This document shows, in pieces, positions 9,048 to 15,185 of a DNA stretch of 39,241 nt (within the stretch, counting starts at the first letter, position 1; the number at the start of each line of letters is the position of its first letter). A program made the position numbers and the translations under genes. Below the pieces are notes generated by a model. It was given only the letters and a program-made list of their open reading frames with translations. It had not been told where the DNA came from and made no database searches. Source of the DNA: a virus (taxonomy: Duplodnaviria; Caudoviricetes); IMG/VR virus record IMGVR_UViG_3300033513_000028, positions 1-39,241 of that record; one strand, given 5' to 3'.

Positions 9048-9299
9048 ATGAAACTGACGATTGATGTTGAGGTTGATGTGGAGACCGTGCGTGATATTTT
9101 TATTGATGACGTGCTCACCGACCGATTGTGCGGCGGCTTTAATAGCAAAAATTCTATCGCTATGATTAAAACCCTGGTGGCGCTCTCAGGCGAGGAGGTT
9201 TGCGAGAAACTATTCAAGACGATGTTCCCGCCCTGGAAGGTCGCGTGGTCTATCCGGGAAGGGGGCGACACGAGCGGGGACGCGGGGGCAGGAGATTAA
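9048..9299 (+). CDS. Hypothetical protein
   Basis: RBS GAGGAG; 83 aa. Confidence 0.6.
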   Translation: MKLTIDVEVDVETVRDIFIDDVLTDRLCGGFNSKNSIAMIKTLVALSGEEVCEKLFKTMFPPWKVAWSIREGGDTSGDAGAGD

Positions 9300-9303
9300 C
9301 CAC

Positions 9304-9414
9304 TGGTGGATCATGGCGGTGGGGGGCACCCATTCGGGTTGCGCTCCTGTAACGGAACGCCGCCCCCCATACCACGATCGCCCCTACGGGCGATCCACCT
9401 CCGCTAAACGGATT
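9304..9414 (-). ncRNA. Candidate small structured RNA
   Basis: Minus-strand promoter TTGCCT-17-TATAAT; 8-bp closing helix GGUGGAUC/GAUCCACC with nested helices. Two plus-strand A.C mismatches become G.U pairs on the minus strand. Confidence 0.45.
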
Positions 9415-9449
9415 GCCCCGATTATAACGCGGGGATAGAATGGAGGCAA
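9413..9449. promoter_or_regulatory. Overlapping divergent sigma70-type promoters
   Basis: Plus: TTGCCC(9413-18)-17-TAGAAT(9436-41). Minus: TTGCCT(9449-44)-17-TATAAT(9426-21). Dyad CCCCG..CGGGG around the minus -10. Confidence 0.6.
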
Positions 9450-9461
9450 GAGGAGTAGACA

Positions 9462-9731
9462 ATGGCTAGAATTTGCCCTCACTGTCATGGGGTAATTGAC
9501 GGGGTTTTCAATCCGGATATGCTCAAAATTGCCCGCTATGTGCGCGCTCTTCCCCTTGAGGAACTCGCCACAATGGCGGGGATTGACCAGGGCACTCTAT
9601 CACGATACGAGAATGGGTTGAGCGTTCCAACTGCGAGTGACATCGCGCGATTGGTTGAAGCTCTGGACTTCCCGCACGGGTGGTTTCATCGCGAGGGGCA
9701 TTTTGGCCGGGGCGGAGTATTCATTGACTAG
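9462..9731 (+). CDS. XRE-family helix-turn-helix protein
   Basis: LKIARYVRAL.LEELA...GIDQGTLSRYENG...P....IARL..AL.FP. Confidence 0.85.
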   Translation: MARICPHCHGVIDGVFNPDMLKIARYVRALPLEELATMAGIDQGTLSRYENGLSVPTASDIARLVEALDFPHGWFHREGHFGRGGVFID

Positions 9732-9747
9732 TGATAGCGAAGGAGGG

Positions 9748-9918
9748 ATGATGGTAGAGAAACGGTTGTTTGGAATAATCACGGGCATATGTTTTAGTCT
9801 TATGGCCGTTGGCGCTTGGGCTGTTCTACTCGACGCCAAAAGTCCCGAGATTTTTCTAATCGGGTTTTGTGCGGGGGTTTTGGGTGCCGCCGTCGTGCAA
9901 GCAGTCGAGAATTCCTGA
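9748..9918 (+). CDS. Small two-TM membrane protein
   Basis: RBS AAGGAGG; two hydrophobic segments. Confidence 0.55.
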   Translation: MMVEKRLFGIITGICFSLMAVGAWAVLLDAKSPEIFLIGFCAGVLGAAVVQAVENS

Positions 9919-9951
9919 TATTTGCGAATATCATAACCAAAGGAAAAAACA

Positions 9952-10659
9952 ATGATTTTTCAACGATTGCCAACCAACGAAGAGCAGGTCGAATTGGCCG
10001 CGCACGAACTGTGGCGGGAAAGTCGACCAGGCGGCAAGCGCCTGGATTGGCGTGATAGGGATTTGCAGGGTATATGTCTGGAAGAGGCAATTCTGTGGCA
10101 CGCGAACCTGGCAGGCGCGCACCTGGAGGGTGCCTACCTGGTGCGCACCTACCTGTGGGGTGCGCACATGGTAGGTGCATACCTAGAAGGTGCATATTTG
10201 CGAGGAGCGTGCCTGATGCGCTCGAACCTAGTGGACGCAACCCTACGGGGCGCATATCTGGAGTGTGCAACCCTACGGGGCGCGTACCTGATGGGTGCAG
10301 ACCTACGAGATACAGACCTGCGGGGCATAACCCTACGGGGCGCAAGTCTGCTGGGTGCCCACCTGGAGGGCGCTCTCCTGAATTGGGAATCCCACGATCT
10401 TTTGGCGGAAATCTTACGCCAAGCGGCGGGCGACGACCCGCGCAGGCGAGCCTTCGCCGGACTGGCGAGTGTATCGCCAGACTGGTGCTGGTACAGCCCA
10501 GAATTGCTGGACGCCCTGGCCGCCATGCCCGATGAGGCGGCGTGGGCTATTGAAACCCTGGCCGAGTGGGTTGAACCCTACGAGGGTTGCGGCTTGACCC
10601 ACCTTGCGGCTGGAGAATACACGCCCGATGAGGTCGAGCGAAGGGGGATAGGATTATGA
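9952..10659 (+). CDS. Pentapeptide-repeat protein, paralog 2
   Basis: About 21 A(Y/H/T/D)LxG pentapeptides followed by the same LNWESHDLLAEIL...SPDWCW...AMPDEAAWAIETLAEWV domain as paralogs 1 and 3. Confidence 0.9.
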   Translation: MIFQRLPTNEEQVELAAHELWRESRPGGKRLDWRDRDLQGICLEEAILWHANLAGAHLEGAYLVRTYLWGAHMVGAYLEGAYLRGACLMRSNLVDATLRGAYLECATLRGAYLMGADLRDTDLRGITLRGASLLGAHLEGALLNWESHDLLAEILRQAAGDDPRRRAFAGLASVSPDWCWYSPELLDALAAMPDEAAWAIETLAEWVEPYEGCGLTHLAAGEYTPDEVERRGIGL

Positions 10660-10949
10660 AAACACTCGGAAGAACCATGAAAGAGGGCGTGATAGTTGAA
10701 CTGACGGCGCGGGAGCATTGGGCGCTTCTCAGACTCTCGAAGGCCATGAGCGGCTTGGAGTGGCACGCCCCGGTCGTGGCGGACGACTGGTTTATCAGTG
10801 AGTGCGACGCGGGGCTGGAATTTGAGGCCATCCTAGCCTGGGTGGAGCACAGATTCAGGCTGGATGAATTGCAGCAGCTTCTCGACGATATGAAAAAGGC
10901 GCTTGGCCCCGACGAGGACGAGGAGGATGGAAATGAGCACAGAAACTAA
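10656..10949 (+). CDS. Hypothetical protein
   Basis: ATGA-coupled to the pentapeptide gene. Confidence 0.6.
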   Translation: MKTLGRTMKEGVIVELTAREHWALLRLSKAMSGLEWHAPVVADDWFISECDAGLEFEAILAWVEHRFRLDELQQLLDDMKKALGPDEDEEDGNEHRN

Positions 10950-11325
10950 GGATAAGGCAACCGCCGGGGGAGCCTTGTATATCAACAAATGGCATGGTAT
11001 CCCATGTATCGCGGACGAACTCGGCGAGAGCATCCGCCACGAGGTGTGCTTGTGTTGGCGGTGCGTTCGCCTCGTGACGGAGGAGGATGTTCAGTACCTT
11101 GCCCCCGATCTTCCGAGTGCGCGGATAGATGAGTTGAAGGCGGCATTCAATTGCCCGACGGCGGAAGCGAACTACCGCAATTGTGTGCGCGGGGAGGTTG
11201 CCGCCCCCATCACGCGCTGTCCGTTGTTCCGTGCGGGGCGGATCGAATACGCCGCCGATGCCGAGCGCCGCCTACAGGCCGAGCACCTCGGCCTGTCACT
11301 GGACGAGGAGGAGGAAGAGCAATGA
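10927..11325 (+). CDS. Cys-rich hypothetical protein
   Basis: CLCWRC...NCP...NC...RCP; RBS GAGGAGG. Confidence 0.6.
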   Translation: MEMSTETKDKATAGGALYINKWHGIPCIADELGESIRHEVCLCWRCVRLVTEEDVQYLAPDLPSARIDELKAAFNCPTAEANYRNCVRGEVAAPITRCPLFRAGRIEYAADAERRLQAEHLGLSLDEEEEEQ

Positions 11326-11507
11326 GCAGCCGAAAAGACCGCCGCCGCCCCTGTCTGGATTGCCCCTTCGGGCGGTGTCCTGAAATAGACCAGGCCCGGT
11401 GTGATATCGTCGAGTTGCAGGAACTGCTCCGCGAAGTGGTCGCGGGCGAGGGGATTGACGCCAATCTAATCATGCGTATCCACGAGGCGCTGGAGGGATT
11501 GGAGTAG
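11322..11507 (+). CDS. Hypothetical protein
   Basis: ATG 11322 with RBS; CLDCPFGRC motif. Confidence 0.5.
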   Translation: MSSRKDRRRPCLDCPFGRCPEIDQARCDIVELQELLREVVAGEGIDANLIMRIHEALEGLE

Positions 11508-11527
11508 GCGCGCCCTTGTCGAACAAC

Positions 11528-11556
11528 AAAAAAAGGGGGGCGTTATGCCCCCCTTT
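11528..11556 (-). terminator. Intrinsic terminator (probably bidirectional)
   Basis: AAAGGGGGGC-gttat-GCCCCCCTTT hairpin with an A-run (U-tract on minus) between convergent genes. Confidence 0.8.
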
Positions 11557-11566
11557 CCCTGAGAGC

Positions 11567-11995
11567 CTACTTACTGCTCAGCCCCCATCGCGCCTGCGCG
11601 TCCGCGCGGCGCACCAGCCACGTCGCTCCCGACTTCCGCGCGGGGAGTTTCCCCTTGCGGATGGCCTGCCAGACGGCCTGGCGGGTTATCCCGGCGGTGT
11701 CGGTGATTTCGCGGATGGTCATCTCGGCGACCTCGTCAGCAATGGACATCAGAAATTGGAATAGACCACGGGAAAGGCGCTCTCGCTCTTCGGGGGTGTA
11801 TTCCGTTCCCTCGCTCTCCCAAAATGTCAGCCCATTCTCGATTTCTGTTCGCAGCGCCTCCGCGAGATTGTCTCCCGCGCGGCCCATGAGTTCATCAACG
11901 AACCTCTCTGGCGAAATTGCTCCGCACCCGATGGTGCGATTGAACTCATTCGCCCATTCGCAATACCAGACGTGTTCTCCCTGTGTGCGTGTCAT
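11567..11995 (-). CDS. Protein with C-terminal excisionase/MerR-like HTH
   Basis: MTIREITDTAGITRQAVWQAIRKGKLPARKSGATWLVRRAD is HTH_17-like. Confidence 0.75.
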   Translation of the reverse strand: MTRTQGEHVWYCEWANEFNRTIGCGAISPERFVDELMGRAGDNLAEALRTEIENGLTFWESEGTEYTPEERERLSRGLFQFLMSIADEVAEMTIREITDTAGITRQAVWQAIRKGKLPARKSGATWLVRRADAQARWGLSSK

Positions 11996-12436
11996 TTCGA
12001 AATCTCCTTAGTATCTCGTTGTGAGTTGCTGCGCGCGGCGCGCACAGTCTGCCATGTGGCGCTCGTGTGCACGATACGCGCACGTGAGGTAATGCCCGCA
12101 CCTCTGCATGTGGAAAGGCTCAACCTCCCACTGTGCGAAAGCGATTCCCAGCGCCGCTTCCGCGCAAGCAAGAGTCACAAGATATGGGGTACGGATGAAG
12201 AGATCGCGCTCGCGCGCTCCGCCGTCTTTGGATACTCGCAGGATCGCGTCTTCCGCCCGGTTGGCGAGTTCGCGCGTGAAAATTTTGCCCGCGCGGCATT
12301 CCTCGATGTCGTCGAGCAGAGCGCGGGCGTCGTTCCACAACCCTGGCCAATCGCGGCCCAGTTGCGAGACTGCCCCTTGAGCCGCCTCGACTGCACTTTC
12401 TGCTGCCTCATATTGCTGATTCATTTCGAAATCTCC
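11992..12436 (-). repeat. Identical 16-bp RBS/start repeat GGAGATTTCGAAATGA
   Basis: Plus-strand tcatttcgaaatctcc at 11992-12007 and 12421-12436, each covering the RBS and ATG of consecutive genes. Confidence 0.8.
12008..12424 (-). CDS. Hypothetical protein
   Basis: ATG 12424 with RBS GGGAG, immediately downstream of the ribozyme. Confidence 0.7.
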   Translation of the reverse strand: MNQQYEAAESAVEAAQGAVSQLGRDWPGLWNDARALLDDIEECRAGKIFTRELANRAEDAILRVSKDGGARERDLFIRTPYLVTLACAEAALGIAFAQWEVEPFHMQRCGHYLTCAYRAHERHMADCARRAQQLTTRY

Positions 12437-12450
12437 CTTCAATTCAATCC

Positions 12451-12523
12451 GGTCGCTGCCGTCGTCAGCCGCCGGGCACGACCCCGGCGGGACGCCTTGG
12501 GGTTGCCCCCAGGGCGTTTCGGC
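12451..12523 (-). ncRNA. Type II hammerhead ribozyme with pseudoknot
   Basis: Minus strand: GCC GAAAC GCCCUGGGG GCAA CCCCAAGGC GUC^ CCGCCGGG GUCGUG CCCGGCGG CUGACGA C GGC AG CGACC. Complete core (CUGANGA, GAAA, GUC), three stems, and loop I GGUCG pairs with the 3' CGACC. Confidence 0.9.
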
Positions 12524-12967
12524 TTAGCTCCACGCGGTGTAGATGCTGACCGCGAGGGCGATGGAAAAGGCGAGCATCGCGATGCTCAGGATTTTCCCAT
12601 TGCGGGTGGCGCGCTTCTGCGCCTTCTGGGCTTCGCGCTTGTCCTGGTTGTCCTCAACCCAGGACAACCAACCAGCTACGTAAGCGTTGCGCAGTGCCTC
12701 CGCGACGTTCTTGATGTCCTCTTCGACATCATTATCGTCGTCGTCGGGGAGGTCGGGGTGTTCTTCCGCGTAGATTTCGTAGTGCTGGTCGCGCACGGCC
12801 TGGTCAGAGAAATTGTCCTCGATGCGCTCAGCGCACGGGCCATCCCACTCCTCAAACTCAGCGCCGTACTGCCCGGCGAGTTCGAACTGCTCGCGGGCAT
12901 CCTGGTATCCAAAACGCTCCGCCGCCTCGACCTCGTTCCTCTCTCTGTTCGCGCTCATTGTCCTCAT
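12524..12967 (-). CDS. Acidic protein with C-terminal membrane anchor
   Basis: RBS AAAGGAG; ends KILSIAMLAFSIALAVSIYTAWS; its TAA abuts the ribozyme. Confidence 0.7.
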   Translation of the reverse strand: MRTMSANRERNEVEAAERFGYQDAREQFELAGQYGAEFEEWDGPCAERIEDNFSDQAVRDQHYEIYAEEHPDLPDDDDNDVEEDIKNVAEALRNAYVAGWLSWVEDNQDKREAQKAQKRATRNGKILSIAMLAFSIALAVSIYTAWS

Positions 12968-13024
12968 TGTCCTATCTCCTTTCAGTCCTATGGGGGCTAC
13001 TCCGTTTCACCCCTCACTATATAT

Positions 13025-13053
13025 AGTATAGCACATTGGTTTACAATTGTCAA
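13025..13053 (-). promoter_or_regulatory. Near-consensus sigma70 promoter of the inverted cassette
   Basis: TTGACA(13053-48)-17 bp-TATACT(13030-25) with extended -10 TG. Confidence 0.85.
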
Positions 13054-13060
13054 GTGAAAA

Positions 13061-13080
13061 CATAGTACGCTGGTACTATG
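13061..13080. promoter_or_regulatory. Palindromic operator-like site
   Basis: CATAGTAC-gctg-GTACTATG, a perfect 8-bp inverted repeat between two divergent promoters. Confidence 0.6.
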
Positions 13081-13102
13081 CCCCGAAAACTCGTTGGTAG
13101 GA

Positions 13103-13131
13103 TTGCCCGCCCCCGCGCCCTGTGGTATACT
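13103..13131 (+). promoter_or_regulatory. Sigma70-type promoter
   Basis: TTGCCC-17-TATACT with extended -10 TG. Confidence 0.65.
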
Positions 13132-13220
13132 ACTCGCAGGGGCAAAACGTCGGTTTGGGGAGCCAGGCCGGAGGCCGCGCCCTACGGGGCAGGCTCCCCC
13201 AGCCCCTCGGAGGTGATGAT

Positions 13221-13628
13221 ATGGCATGGGTGACGGATTTACGCGACCTGGTAACCTATGGTAATGCCGCCGACAAAATTGCGCGGGCCTTTGAGGTATT
13301 CGATACCCCCCGCCACTTACTGCTTCCCGTTTGTCTCCCGGAGGTGGATGGACTATATACCCTGGACGATTTTGGTGTGAGTTATTCAGAGGTGGTGAGT
13401 GCTATCCCCCTCCCCATCTGTGTGGAGTATTGCGCGGCAGCCAGGCAGCTGTGGCGTATCCCCTGGTGGTTGCGCTGGTTGTTTCCCGGTCGCCGCAAGC
13501 GGTACAAACAGGCGCGGCGGGAAGCGGAGGCGGGTTTTGCGCGGGCGGTGATGGACGCGGCAATGGCACGGGCGAAGGCGCGTGAATTGGAGCGCGACGA
13601 CTTGCACGACGACGGCGGCGTAGGGTAA
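13221..13628 (+). CDS. Hypothetical protein
   Basis: RBS GGAGGT then ATG 13221; contains a phage-typical PWWLRWLF motif. Confidence 0.65.
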   Translation: MAWVTDLRDLVTYGNAADKIARAFEVFDTPRHLLLPVCLPEVDGLYTLDDFGVSYSEVVSAIPLPICVEYCAAARQLWRIPWWLRWLFPGRRKRYKQARREAEAGFARAVMDAAMARAKARELERDDLHDDGGVG

Positions 13629-13631
13629 AAT
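13602..13631 (+). promoter_or_regulatory. Candidate promoter for the large structured RNA
   Basis: TTGCAC(13602-07)-18-TAAAAT(13626-31). Confidence 0.5.
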
Positions 13632-13637
13632 AGGGTT

Positions 13638-14085
13638 GCGGGCACAATGCCTGCTTAGGGAAGGCGCTGATTATCGCCGAGGCTGCGATACGCTGTAAGC
13701 CTGTATGCCCTGGCCATTGGGCCGTAGAGGGAACGCAGCTATTATGGGCCAACGTACTAGTCAACGTTTACTGTGCGAGTCGGCGACGATTGAGAGGCAG
13801 AGAAAGCGATTGCCCTGGTTGGGGCGGTGGGGGCGGAAGGGGGGGCAGTCGAGGAAGAAACTCAGTTCCAGCGCCTTCCCCCCTTCCAGGCTCTGATCCC
13901 CGGCATGTCCGGGCAGTAGGAGCCATCCGGGCGGTGGCCCCCCGATGGGCGCGGTGGTTGCGCGGCTGCGGTGGATGAATCGGGTTAGCCCATCGCAGTA
14001 CAATACCGAACGCGGGGCTACCTCACGCGCACGAGGTTTCAGCTTGGCGTAGGCCAGTGTTTTTGAAAGCCCCCGCCGCCCATTA
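13638..14085 (+). ncRNA. Candidate large structured non-coding RNA or leader
   Basis: No credible ORF. 13-bp long-range helix 13822-13834/14069-14081, 10-bp helix 13835-44/13878-87, 9-bp helix 13966-74/13990-98 and several more; G.U pairs favour the plus strand. Confidence 0.55.
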
Positions 14086-14098
14086 GGAGTTGCGATGA

Positions 14099-14644
14099 TT
14101 GTCATTAGGAGACACCCAGTTGGCTAACATTGCCTCGCATCTTCCCCTACTCTGCGAAATTGGGGCCGCGCTTCCCATCCGTACCATTTTGGAGTTTGGC
14201 GCGGGTTGTTTTTCCACCCCCACTTTTCTTGATCGCGCGATCTTCCCACATTGTGTACGCCTCGATTCCTATGAACACAACCCCACATGGTTGGCGGGCG
14301 TTCGGGCGTTGACATCCGACCCCCGACTTACGCTTCACCATATCCCCGACGAGACATTCGTTGGAGTGCTGCACGACACCCCCTTCGCTGATTATGACCT
14401 GATTTTCATTGACAATGGGACGACTACTGAGGCGCGATTGCCAACCATTCGCGGTATTGGCGAGCGCCGCCCGCTGGGGTTGTGCGTTGTCCACGATTAC
14501 GAGCAATCCGGCGTACACGAGGCGGCGAAGGCGTGGGACGTTGCCATCCCGTGGGATGATAATGATGGGGGGCAATGTGGCCTCCTCGCCAACCTGCCAA
14601 CGCCAGATTGGCTATCCGCCAGTTGGCTGGCGTCCTTGCTATAG
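14099..14644 (+). CDS. Class I SAM-dependent methyltransferase-like protein
   Basis: ILEFGAGCFST motif I, SYEH, DLIFIDNG, VVHD; TTG start uncertain. Confidence 0.7.
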   Translation: MSLGDTQLANIASHLPLLCEIGAALPIRTILEFGAGCFSTPTFLDRAIFPHCVRLDSYEHNPTWLAGVRALTSDPRLTLHHIPDETFVGVLHDTPFADYDLIFIDNGTTTEARLPTIRGIGERRPLGLCVVHDYEQSGVHEAAKAWDVAIPWDDNDGGQCGLLANLPTPDWLSASWLASLL

Positions 14645-14670
14645 ACGCTCTTGCCAGTTTGGTGTATAAT
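14642..14670 (+). promoter_or_regulatory. Candidate promoter for the terminase genes
   Basis: TAGACG-17-TATAAT. Confidence 0.5.
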
Positions 14671-14714
14671 TATGGTACGATTTGTCGTGTATGATGGGAT
14701 GGCGGTGTATTTTC

Positions 14715-15185
14715 ATGGAAGTTTGGAGCGATCTAAGGGAATTTTTGCGGAGGTTCGAAGGGCCTGAGCTGGATTATGTCTGGAGTCGCAGCAAATCGCG
14801 CTCCAGGCAAGAGGCCCTCCGCAATGCGCACGTGTCTGAGGGAACCTACTACCACTGGTCTTCCGAACGTCGGGCCGAATTGGAAGACGCCGCCAACGAA
14901 CTCCGCCGAAATCGTTACATCGTCGCCGAGATGGTGTTGCTCAACGCCGTCGAGAAGGCCGCCGAGGTGGTCGTCGAGGATTTGAAGGAGGGGCCGAAGT
15001 ATTCCCCTATACGTCAAAAGGCCGCCCTGGAAATTTTAGACCGCGTATTGGGTCGCGCCCGGCAGGGCGTGGAGTTAACCGGGAATAATGGTGGGCCAGT
15101 CGAGTTTAGGCCAAACCTATCCGCCCTCGGCGACGAGGAACTTGCATACCTGGCTGACATCGCCGACCGCGTCAAGGGCGATTAG
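14715..15185 (+). CDS. Terminase small subunit (putative)
   Basis: Position before TerL; HTH-like segment, AALEILDRVLG and VELTG..GGPV C-terminus typical of TerS. Confidence 0.7.
   Translation: MEVWSDLREFLRRFEGPELDYVWSRSKSRSRQEALRNAHVSEGTYYHWSSERRAELEDAANELRRNRYIVAEMVLLNAVEKAAEVVVEDLKEGPKYSPIRQKAALEILDRVLGRARQGVELTGNNGGPVEFRPNLSALGDEELAYLADIADRVKGD

Noticed and set aside
9304-9399. tRNA gene
   Set aside because: An acceptor-like closing stem exists, but there is no TTCRA T-loop, D-loop or proper anticodon arm.
1-10659. Diversity-generating retroelement (TR/VR) among the paralog repeats
   Set aside because: No reverse transcriptase in the window, and the differences are not adenine-specific.
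11567-11995. Integration module (excisionase plus integrase)
   Set aside because: Only an HTH_17-like domain is present; no tyrosine or serine recombinase or att site is recognisable in the window.
11972-13057. 361-aa plus-strand ORF
   Set aside because: Antisense shadow of minus-strand genes that have RBSs, a promoter, a terminator and a ribozyme; no recognisable motifs.
13136-13160. c-di-GMP-I riboswitch (GGGGCAAAAC resemblance)
   Set aside because: The GNRA tetraloop/receptor and the GCAAAG second half are not present.
13638-14085. tmRNA, RNase P, SRP RNA or group I/II intron
   Set aside because: Lacks GGUUCRA..CCACCA, GAGGAAAGUCC, the SRP domain IV motif and a recognisable intron domain V or P7 core.
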